64,000 nucleotides of DNA from Clostridia bacterium (GTDB lineage Bacteria; Bacillota; Clostridia; Oscillospirales; CAG-272), in the NCBI GenBank assembly GCA_017508195.1, contig JAFVZL010000044.1, positions 4,991-68,990 of the forward strand. Reading direction: 5' to 3'. How positions within the stretch are numbered: position 1 is the first letter of the stretch; every line of letters starts with the position of its first letter. Shown one piece after another: positions 9,083 through 17,283 of the stretch. Both the position numbers and the translations under genes were made by a program. The notes beneath the pieces are model-generated. The model saw only the letters and a list, made by a program, of their open reading frames with translations, was not told the origin of the DNA and made no database searches.

Positions 9083-11185
9083 TTATTTAAAAGCATTCAA
9101 TATACCGTCAAGGAATCCGCCCTGTCCCTTTTCGGCAGCAGCCTTTTCCTCCTCAAGCCTCGACTTGAAGTATTCCTCAACGTAGGCAGCTATCTTGGGA
9201 AGTGCCAAGGGAGAGGTGGAGTTCTTGTAAATGACCCAAAGAACCTCTCTGACGTTATTCTTAAACTCATCCGTTCCGTCACCGTTACAGTAGTCGATGA
9301 GAAGCGACGCAAAGTCGATCTTCTTCGATGCAGTGAACGCAGAGCTTGTGGCGGTTGCGTTCGCTACGTCAACGGAAATGTACATGGTATCGGTAATTCT
9401 TGAGTACGGAATGGAGACCGACACCTTGTAATATTTCAAACCGTCTATCATGACCGTCTCGGAGTTCTCGAGAATGTCGGAGATCCTGACGACCGTGCCC
9501 GCAATGCTCATTCTGTAAACAAACTCATTGATCGGGAAGTCCTCAAAATCAGGGACATATACGTTGACAGTAGCTTCTTTTGCAAAGTTAAAGTTACATT
9601 TGAGTGTAACATTGACCTCAGGACTGATTGTGTAAAGTGCAATATCATCGTCACTGTAATCGCACTCAATCACGTATTTTATGTAGTCCGTATCATCGGG
9701 AACATTGAGACGGTATGGGATGGGTGTAACGCCCTTGATCCAATACTCATCCGTGCTGGACGAGGCTCCCTCAAAGTTCCAGGTTACCTGAACAACGTCC
9801 TCCTCGTATCCGAGATAAGGAAGCGCGAACATACCGGATATATCCTCGCCCTCCTCGGTGAGGTTGCGGATAGTGAGATCCATATATCCGTTCTTGATAA
9901 CGCTCTCCTCGACAACCATCGAGCACACGTTTGTAACAAGTCCGTCAGTAAGGATATATTCGGGAACCGTGCTGCCCTTTTCACCATAGCCCTCGGCAAG
10001 CTCCGGGAAATGGAACATAGCTGCCTTGTCACTCGTTTCAGCCTGGTTTTTCAAGGATATAACGTCGGGAACCTGGTTATACGAGCAATACTTATCAAGA
10101 TTGATCTGTGCCGTCTGGCAAGGGAGAAGCTTGTTCCCTTCGAGATCAACGATATTATCGTGAGAGTAGTATTTCTGACAACTGAAGGATACCTGGTCGA
10201 AGATCGTGTGCTCGAAGTTTATAACGTTGTCATCTGCGATGTAACGGAAGAACTGTCCCGACGTGACCTCCTTCGAGCCAATGTTAGAGAGAACGCAGTC
10301 CTTGAAGAGCATTGTGTTCGAATAAGCTGCACCGGGGGTAATATCCTCTCTGCAGGCTATCTGAAGATACCTTCCCACACCAAATGCACGGCAACGCTCA
10401 AAAAGGACTTCGGCGTTATGTCCCGAAAGGGTGAAGAAGCCGACGTAGTCGGTAAATACTCTGTAGATATTAACACCCTTGACTGTAAGCTTGGATCTCG
10501 TGGTAACACCGTATCCGCCCGCGGAATAGGTGGAAAGGTTCTCTCCGGGATATTCGCCGAAATCACCGATGTTTGCAGTACCGTCAGTGCTTACGGTGAT
10601 TATACTTCCGCCCGTTGTCTTTCTCTCGACACCCATAACGAGCTTCGCACCGGGGATCGAGGAGTAGATGTTAAGAACACCTCCGTTAGCAACCTCGAAG
10701 AATGTCTTCTTATGCTCGGTGAGGATGGTATATCCCGCAAAATCAAAGTTGAAGGTTCTGCCACTGCCAACCGCGCAGCCTATGGAGGATACTAAGTTGT
10801 TTTCGATATAGGTTGTAGACTCGTAGATATCCGAAAGAAGAACCAGCGTAGTACCGCTCGGCGTCGTCTTGGTATCGTCCGCCATCTTACTGAGATCGTA
10901 TCTGATCTCCTCTTTTCCGTCGGGATAGATAAGCTTATACTTAGGTACGGTAGTGTCTCCCTCCTCGGGAAAATTGTAGCCCATCCGGCTGTATACCTCG
11001 GCACGGCTGAGATTGCCGCCGTTATCCGCCACAGTCTCCGCCAAAAGAACGCTATCGTTCAGAATGACGGGATCCTTCTCGGCTACCGTACCCGTCTGCC
11101 CCTTTGCCATAGCGGTTACTGAAAGCAGTGATACGGCAAGAGCCAGAATCAAGAGGACGGATATCGCCCTTGTAAACTTCTTCAT
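9083..11185 (-). CDS. Large secreted hypothetical protein
   Basis: Sec signal peptide (MKKFTR...AMA); beta-rich body; 700 aa. Confidence 0.75.
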   Translation of the reverse strand: MKKFTRAISVLLILALAVSLLSVTAMAKGQTGTVAEKDPVILNDSVLLAETVADNGGNLSRAEVYSRMGYNFPEEGDTTVPKYKLIYPDGKEEIRYDLSKMADDTKTTPSGTTLVLLSDIYESTTYIENNLVSSIGCAVGSGRTFNFDFAGYTILTEHKKTFFEVANGGVLNIYSSIPGAKLVMGVERKTTGGSIITVSTDGTANIGDFGEYPGENLSTYSAGGYGVTTRSKLTVKGVNIYRVFTDYVGFFTLSGHNAEVLFERCRAFGVGRYLQIACREDITPGAAYSNTMLFKDCVLSNIGSKEVTSGQFFRYIADDNVINFEHTIFDQVSFSCQKYYSHDNIVDLEGNKLLPCQTAQINLDKYCSYNQVPDVISLKNQAETSDKAAMFHFPELAEGYGEKGSTVPEYILTDGLVTNVCSMVVEESVIKNGYMDLTIRNLTEEGEDISGMFALPYLGYEEDVVQVTWNFEGASSSTDEYWIKGVTPIPYRLNVPDDTDYIKYVIECDYSDDDIALYTISPEVNVTLKCNFNFAKEATVNVYVPDFEDFPINEFVYRMSIAGTVVRISDILENSETVMIDGLKYYKVSVSIPYSRITDTMYISVDVANATATSSAFTASKKIDFASLLIDYCNGDGTDEFKNNVREVLWVIYKNSTSPLALPKIAAYVEEYFKSRLEEEKAAAEKGQGGFLDGILNAFK

Positions 11186-11377
11186 ATTGGTACTCCGTTT
11201 CTGTTTTTATAAAGACGAAATATTTTAACATTTTATTTTGATAATGTCAACCGATTTAAGCGTCTGTTTTCGAGAATTCTCAAATTTTACATTTTTTTAA
11301 ATACAAAGGTCACAATAGCGACTCGACCGTATTGTAACTTTTGAACAATAGGAGAGCATTAGTCTCTCGTTTCAGCC

Positions 11378-11956
11378 TCAGATCTCACCGAAATGCGCCT
11401 TTGCACTTTTTTCAAGGAGAAAGAAATACGGAGAGGTCGGAGAGTTTAGTATCCTGAACTCGGATGCGCAGATGCGGAAGCGCGAAAGCGTACCGAAGTA
11501 CTCCCTGAGCATCTCGCCCTCGAGTGCGCCCTCCTCATGCCCCGGGTATATCGCAACGATCAGCACACCGTCGGGAGCAAGAAGCTCGAGCGCAGCCTTT
11601 ACCGCGGGCATCGTCGTCTCGCGCATGGTGGTGACGCTCTTCTTCCCTGCTCTCGGGAGATAGCCAAGGTTGAATATTCCCGCCTTTATAGGCTCATTCA
11701 CGAACTCCTTTACCCTGTGATGCGATGCACATATCAGAGTGTAATTCGTGGGTGCGCCCTCACGCGCAAGATGCTCGCTTGTCGATGCGAGCGCCTCCTC
11801 TTGAATATCGAAGGCGTAGACCTTACCGTTTTCGCCTACTGTTTTCGAGAGAAAAAGCGTATCGTTGCCGTTCCCCATAGTAAAGTCGACCGCAACGTCA
11901 CCCTCGCCTATATGCTCGAGCAGAAAATGCTTATGAAGTCCTATCAGATCAACCAT
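11378..11956 (-). CDS. YtqB/MnmM-like class I SAM methyltransferase
   Basis: DFTMGNGNDT, AFDIQ, FNLGYLP and YPGH motifs. Confidence 0.85.
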   Translation of the reverse strand: MVDLIGLHKHFLLEHIGEGDVAVDFTMGNGNDTLFLSKTVGENGKVYAFDIQEEALASTSEHLAREGAPTNYTLICASHHRVKEFVNEPIKAGIFNLGYLPRAGKKSVTTMRETTMPAVKAALELLAPDGVLIVAIYPGHEEGALEGEMLREYFGTLSRFRICASEFRILNSPTSPYFFLLEKSAKAHFGEI

Positions 11957-13694
11957 TTTTGAGCTCCTCTCCCGAAACAGGCTTTACGTAAGCTGTGTAG
12001 TTTGTTTTATAAATGACGAAGCCGGGCTTCGACCCCTGAGGCTTCTTGATATTTTTCACCTGCGTGTAATCAACGGCTACGAGATCTCCCGTTGCCTTCG
12101 AGTAATACGCCGCAATTCCCGCAGCCTCGGTGTAGTCCTCGGCGCTTGGCTCCTCGCCGCCCGTCTGCATTATGACGTGCGAGCCCGGGATATCCTTGGT
12201 GTGAAACCATATATCGGTCTTTTCGGCTATTTTGAAGGTCAGCTGATCATTCTGAATATTATTCCGTCCGACGAGCAAGACGTAGCCGCCCGATGTAACG
12301 AAGCGCATGGGCCTTGCCTTTATGCTCTTTTCGGGGCGGTAGCTCTTCATTCTCGAGCCGTATCCGGCGCGGTAGAGCTCCTCGCGTATCTCAGCAAGAT
12401 CCTCCTCACACTCTGCGCGCGATATAAAAGCGTCAACAGTCTCGAGGTACTTAAGCTCCGCCTCCCATAATTCGATCTGCTCTGTGAGCACCTCTTTTGC
12501 CTTTTTGGCTTTATTATAGAGCTTGTACATTCTCTGCGCATTTGCGCTCGGTGAGAGCCTTGAATCGAGTGCTATCTCGACCTCGGGACAGCTCTCGTCG
12601 TAGTAATCGACGGTTGTAAAGGATTCCATTCCGCGCTCGAGGCGGTAAAGGTTGGCGGTTATGAGATCTCCGTAGTGCTTGTACTGCTCCCCCTTTGCAC
12701 TCTCGAGAAGCGATTCTCGCTGAATGGCAAGCTTGCGCTCGGTGCGCGCCCTTGCGTTGTTGACGAGAGTCACAATATCATGCGCTCTCTGATGGATGCG
12801 CTCTATCCTGTCGCGCTCGGCAAAGTAGCTGTCGCACATCTCGCGGAAGCTCGCGAAATGTCTTGCCGTCACCGAATCACCGAGGTAGGTGATATCCATA
12901 TAGCAATAGTCAACGGGCTTGCCCGACTTATCCGTAACCATGGTTGGATAATAGCTCTCACTCCTTAACAGCTCACGCCATTCGAGCAGAGCTTTTACAA
13001 GCCTGTCCACCGAAATTTCCGACACGGGTACGTCTATTCGTCCCGATGCACGATAAACGAGCTCGTGCGCAACTTGGGTAGATACACCGGAAAGAGTCGA
13101 GGTTATGAGCTTTTCTGCCGTGCGCTCGGGTGGGTATTTAGCTATAGCCTCGCGTATGGCATCCTCGGTAAGCTCCATCGGTACTATTCTGTCGGCATTC
13201 ACGGGTATCTGATACTTAAGCCCGGGGAGTACCTGTCTTATCGTGCTGGCAGCAAAGTCGATTATCTTTAGCGCGGTAAGCACCTTGTCCTCGCTATCGG
13301 TTACGATAAGGTTGGCATACTTACCCATTATCTCACATATGATCTTTTTCGTTGTGGGATATCCCATCTCATCGTAAGCGGATACGGTAAAGACGGCTAT
13401 TCTGTCGAAGCCGAGCTGCTCCGCGGATATTATCCTCGCTCCGTTAAAATATTTTCTTAGGAGCATACAGAACATCGGCGCCTTCAGAGGATTTTCCTTT
13501 TGTATGTCGGAGAGCTGAAGCCTCGGTGCATTCGGACCTACGTTAAAAACGAGTCTGCGCGTGGTTTTACCGGATCGTACGGTGAGGTCTATCTCGGCAT
13601 TTGCAGGCTGTGCAACCTTATCTATTTTGGCATCGGGTAGCTCCGCGCGGAACTCGGCAAGAATTGCACGCATCATACAAGCGTCAAAGGCCAT
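11949..13694 (-). CDS. rqcH: Ribosome quality control protein RqcH (FbpA/NFACT family)
   Basis: MAFD start, APMFCMLLRK, DRI, EIMGKYAN, GRNNIQND, WFH...PGSHV, KPGFV. Confidence 0.92.
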   Translation of the reverse strand: MAFDACMMRAILAEFRAELPDAKIDKVAQPANAEIDLTVRSGKTTRRLVFNVGPNAPRLQLSDIQKENPLKAPMFCMLLRKYFNGARIISAEQLGFDRIAVFTVSAYDEMGYPTTKKIICEIMGKYANLIVTDSEDKVLTALKIIDFAASTIRQVLPGLKYQIPVNADRIVPMELTEDAIREAIAKYPPERTAEKLITSTLSGVSTQVAHELVYRASGRIDVPVSEISVDRLVKALLEWRELLRSESYYPTMVTDKSGKPVDYCYMDITYLGDSVTARHFASFREMCDSYFAERDRIERIHQRAHDIVTLVNNARARTERKLAIQRESLLESAKGEQYKHYGDLITANLYRLERGMESFTTVDYYDESCPEVEIALDSRLSPSANAQRMYKLYNKAKKAKEVLTEQIELWEAELKYLETVDAFISRAECEEDLAEIREELYRAGYGSRMKSYRPEKSIKARPMRFVTSGGYVLLVGRNNIQNDQLTFKIAEKTDIWFHTKDIPGSHVIMQTGGEEPSAEDYTEAAGIAAYYSKATGDLVAVDYTQVKNIKKPQGSKPGFVIYKTNYTAYVKPVSGEELKNG

Positions 13695-13805
13695 ATTGTG
13701 CTCCTTTCATTATTTACTTCGTTTATTTTATCATATCTGCGCACGCCCGTCAAGAGGGTCGAACTTTATATTACGAGGCGCACTCAGCTACCGGCACAAG
13801 ACCTT

Positions 13806-14528
13806 TCAGGCATTTTTGAAGAAGTCACGCCCAAAAAGACAAACCGAGGAGTCATGCGATGCTCCGAGAGTAAACCTGAACTCTGTCCCGCGGCAAATAA
13901 CGGTTACCTCGCCGCGTCCTAAGCGATGGGCGAGAAGCGAAGCTAATGGCAGTACCGAATCCAGCGTAAGCGTCTTATCCGTAGATGCCATACGGAAAAC
14001 TCCGTCGCACTCGCGGTATGCGACAGCACGCGACGTATCAGGAAGTCCATCAATGACGCACATGCGCTTCAGATGCTCGCAAGAGATATCCACCTCGCTC
14101 GGAGCCTCGACTATTCTTGCCCGTATTTTACCGCATTCCGTATATAGCTGGTGAGGCATCCCACCCGAGATATATACGGTTTTTGCAAAGAATTGTTTGC
14201 GTTTTACAGGATACACTGCCTCAAATACACAATTACCGCTATATATCGGAACCTCGAATACTTCTCCGCAAGTAAAGAGAGTAAGCGAGCTTTGCGGTAA
14301 TCCCTTGCCCGAAAGATAGTGAGATGCGACGAATGCCGACTCATAAGGAGCACAAAGCAGCGCACCCCCCTCAGATATCATCGTAGCCTCAAGATCGTGT
14401 ATCTCGCTCGGGTATAGGTGTAAGGTTTTCGGAAAGTCGCATAGAGGTGCAAAAGAAATCGGGCGCTCTGTGTGAGTAACCACAGCGAGAGCGCCCGTGA
14501 GGGTATTGATAACCCGATACATCAGCAT
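13806..14528 (-). CDS. Hypothetical protein, possibly a degenerate DapF-like fold
   Basis: Open frame between cca and rqcH; spacing pattern resembles the DapF N-lobe but there is no CGNG motif. Confidence 0.5.
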   Translation of the reverse strand: MLMYRVINTLTGALAVVTHTERPISFAPLCDFPKTLHLYPSEIHDLEATMISEGGALLCAPYESAFVASHYLSGKGLPQSSLTLFTCGEVFEVPIYSGNCVFEAVYPVKRKQFFAKTVYISGGMPHQLYTECGKIRARIVEAPSEVDISCEHLKRMCVIDGLPDTSRAVAYRECDGVFRMASTDKTLTLDSVLPLASLLAHRLGRGEVTVICRGTEFRFTLGASHDSSVCLFGRDFFKNA

Positions 14529-14615
14529 CACCGCCTTTTCAGCCGTATAAAATGAGTTGCGTGGTCTCCGCGGCCACACACGACACCGAAAAGCGTCTCT
14601 CGCTGATATAATATT

Positions 14616-15806
14616 CTAATGGAAGTCTTTTTGACACAGCCCGAGAAGGGCATCCCGTTCATTCACACACTCACCGCTCATTACCGCATCGAGCAAGGAG
14701 AGAAGCGCCTTACCTATCTCCGGTCCTCTGAGACCGAGGGCGGCTATATCGTTTCCGCCGACCTTAAGCTCTGAAAGTGTATACGGTATCCCGGAAGCTA
14801 TTGCATCCTCGATTATTTCAAGGTCGAGCTTCGTTTTTTCTCCGACAAGAACACCGAGTGCAGCCACTCCGAGCGCAACCTCGGGTCCGACACTGGACAA
14901 AAGCTTCAGAGCGCCGTACCGTGTACCCGTATCCGCGTTCTTATAGTGAGAGAGCACACTTTCACCGTAAACGCGGTGTGCCGAATCGGTCTTAAGCCTC
15001 TGCATTGCGCTCGAAAATCTCTCGCGTGCATCCTTAGCATTTAATAGGAAAAGAGAAAGCAATCTCGTTTTATAGTCCATAGAGATGAAAAGCTCCCTGT
15101 CGGGCAGCTTAAGCCCATCAAGCTCGGGTAAGACCGTAAGAATGATCTCGGGGTAAGAGGATAATACTTCGTGCGCTCCGTCTGCCGAGAGAAGCTTCTT
15201 AAGTTCAACGTAAATTCTTTCGTCACTGACGTTAAGAAGAAGCGAGCGCAGCTTCGTTGCAGCCAGAGCGGTGTGCTCCTCAATAGAAAATCCGAGCTGT
15301 GAAGAAAATCTCACCGCACGCATGATTCTGAGTGCATCCTCGCGGAATCTTCTCTCAGGCTCGCCTACTGCGCGAATGACCTTAGCCCTTATATCGTCAA
15401 CGCCGCCGAAAATATCGGTATAGCCGTCACGCTCGTTATAGCAGATGGCGTTTACGGTAAAATCGCGTCTTGCAAGATCCTCGCTTAGCGATCGGGTAAA
15501 GCTAACGGCATCGGGGTGTCTTGAGTCATGATAATCTCCGTCAACACGCCAGGTGGTTATCTCGTAGCCTACACCGTCAAGCACAAGAGTCACGGTCCCG
15601 TGCTTGATACCCGTGTCAACTATTTTGCAATCTGCAAATACAGATTTCACCTCATCGGGAGTAGCTTCCGTCGTAATATCAAAATCAAAAGAGGGTCTGC
15701 CGATAAGAGCATCTCTCACCGCTCCGCCAACCACATCTGCCCGGTATCCCTGCTCATACAAGCGATCGAGTATAAGCTTCACACCTTCGGTAAGCCTTAT
15801 ATCCAT
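14616..15806 (-). CDS. cca: CCA-adding / tRNA nucleotidyltransferase
   Basis: VGGAVRD, DFD, RRDFTVNA and EDALR motifs. Confidence 0.9.
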   Translation of the reverse strand: MDIRLTEGVKLILDRLYEQGYRADVVGGAVRDALIGRPSFDFDITTEATPDEVKSVFADCKIVDTGIKHGTVTLVLDGVGYEITTWRVDGDYHDSRHPDAVSFTRSLSEDLARRDFTVNAICYNERDGYTDIFGGVDDIRAKVIRAVGEPERRFREDALRIMRAVRFSSQLGFSIEEHTALAATKLRSLLLNVSDERIYVELKKLLSADGAHEVLSSYPEIILTVLPELDGLKLPDRELFISMDYKTRLLSLFLLNAKDARERFSSAMQRLKTDSAHRVYGESVLSHYKNADTGTRYGALKLLSSVGPEVALGVAALGVLVGEKTKLDLEIIEDAIASGIPYTLSELKVGGNDIAALGLRGPEIGKALLSLLDAVMSGECVNERDALLGLCQKDFH

Positions 15807-15916
15807 TATATGCCCTCCTATTTCAATTCCCGTTATCATCAGCTCTATCCGTTTTAAAACCGGCAAGTACAAGCCAAATAACGCATATTTGTAAATAATT
15901 ATTTCCGATAAGTGTC

Positions 15917-16756
15917 TTAAATTTTAAATCTTCTGGCATATCCGCATCTGCGGCAAAGCTCCTCTGTTGCGCGCTTTTTCGAGAAGCCCATGCACATTTC
16001 CGAGGCTCTTTCCGACGTCAGGATACTGTCGATATCCTCTTCAAAAATATTGCCGAGAGGTATATTTCCCTCTCTGTCAAGGCAACACGGTACAACCGTT
16101 CCGTCAGAAAGGATAGCGAAATGATCGCCGAGCCCGTGGCAGAACACCCTCTCACCGTAGTCCGGTGCCGACATATCGGGCCAATCGAAGCGTTCCCCTT
16201 CCTCGAGGTGCAGCTTATGGCGTATCCTGGCGCCGCGCGGTCCGTATATCCAATCTCCAGCGAATTTTTCATGTAAGATGGCAACCGTGTCAATATTTCT
16301 GCCCTCGTCAACGCCCTTATTCCATAGTCTGAGGGTAGTAAGCACGCCACTGTCCGATGCCTTATCGGCAAACGCCGAGCACCCGTCGATATACGAGAGA
16401 TAATCCTCAAGACTGCCGTCCTCGAAGCTATGCACCGAGATGTTGACCTTGTAGACCCCGTGTAAAATTAAAGCCTCGCCAACCTCGGATAAAAGAGTGC
16501 CGTTCGTCGTTATTGCAACCTTCATACCTCTGTTTTTCGCAATATCAATAAGTTGCGGTAGGTCCGGGTGGAGTAGCGGCTCTCCCATTACGTGTAGGTA
16601 TACGTAGTCTGTAAGATGCTTTATCTTTTCTATTATTTCCTTGAATTCTTCCCTCTCAACAAACCTTAGAGCCCTTTTCGTGCCGGGGCAGAACGAGCAA
16701 CTCTTATTGCATACGTTGGTTATTTCTATGTAAACTCTACCGTATTTCTTCTTCAT
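15917..16756 (-). CDS. Radical SAM protein with C-terminal SPASM/twitch domain
   Basis: CNKSCSFC, GEPLLHP, TTNG, DGTVVPCC...GN...CRRC; start reassigned to ATG 16756 after GAGGGTGG. Confidence 0.9.
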   Translation of the reverse strand: MKKKYGRVYIEITNVCNKSCSFCPGTKRALRFVEREEFKEIIEKIKHLTDYVYLHVMGEPLLHPDLPQLIDIAKNRGMKVAITTNGTLLSEVGEALILHGVYKVNISVHSFEDGSLEDYLSYIDGCSAFADKASDSGVLTTLRLWNKGVDEGRNIDTVAILHEKFAGDWIYGPRGARIRHKLHLEEGERFDWPDMSAPDYGERVFCHGLGDHFAILSDGTVVPCCLDREGNIPLGNIFEEDIDSILTSERASEMCMGFSKKRATEELCRRCGYARRFKI

Positions 16757-16784
16757 CAGCCCACCCTCGGTGTATTTCGTATAT

Positions 16785-16815
16785 AAAACAAAAACCTGAC
16801 CGCGAGGGTCAGGTC
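16785..16815 (-). terminator. Terminator after the tRNA pair
   Basis: ACCTGACC/GGTCAGGT stem with a U-tail on the minus strand. Confidence 0.7.
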
Positions 16816-16822
16816 TTATGTA

Positions 16823-16907
16823 TGGTGGGGGAAGCTGGATTCGGACCAGCGAAGTCAGTGACAACAGATTTACAGTCTGCCCCCTTTGGCCGCTCGGGAA
16901 TTCCCCC
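16823..16907 (-). tRNA. tRNA-Tyr(GTA)
   Basis: GGGGGAA/TTCCCCC acceptor stem, anticodon loop CTGTAAA, long variable arm, encoded CCA. Confidence 0.95.
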
Positions 16908-16914
16908 ATACTTA

Positions 16915-16989
16915 TGGAGCTGGTGATCGGAGTCGAACCAACAACCTGCTGATTACAAATCAGCTGCTCTGCCATTGAGCCACACCAGC
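16915..16989 (-). tRNA. tRNA-Thr(TGT)
   Basis: GCTGGTG/CACCAGC acceptor stem, anticodon loop TTTGTAA, GGTTCGA, encoded CCA. Confidence 0.96.
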
Positions 16990-17005
16990 GCACCGAACAT
17001 GTAGT

Positions 17006-17034
17006 ATTATAGCAGAAGTTTTTCCCTTTGTCAA
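17006..17034 (-). promoter_or_regulatory. Sigma-A promoter of the tRNA operon
   Basis: Perfect TTGACA-17-TATAAT with TG extension. Confidence 0.85.
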
Positions 17035-17182
17035 TACCCTTTCAAAAATATTTTTCCGCTCTGCTTCGACTTATGTTTACCCTGCAGACAGCTCTCCCGA
17101 TTTGCCGTATTTCCAAGTGAGAAAAATGAACAGAGGTACGTCAATATCGTCCATATATTTTTAAAAATCTTTGTACAAATTA

Positions 17183-17211
17183 TTTACAAACGCGCGAAAA
17201 TAGTATATAAT
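17183..17211 (+). promoter_or_regulatory. Sigma-A promoter of the Sel1/FtsK locus
   Basis: TTTACA-17-TATAAT. Confidence 0.7.
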
Positions 17212-17283
17212 AGTGTTGTTTAATGGGTGCCTGCGCCTTAAAGCTGTGCACCGAAGCATTTTTTACAGAGGAGTGACGTCTAA

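Noticed and set aside
16757-16993. N-terminal extension of the radical SAM ORF in the ORF track
   Set aside because: It runs through the two tRNA genes and a terminator; the true start is 16756
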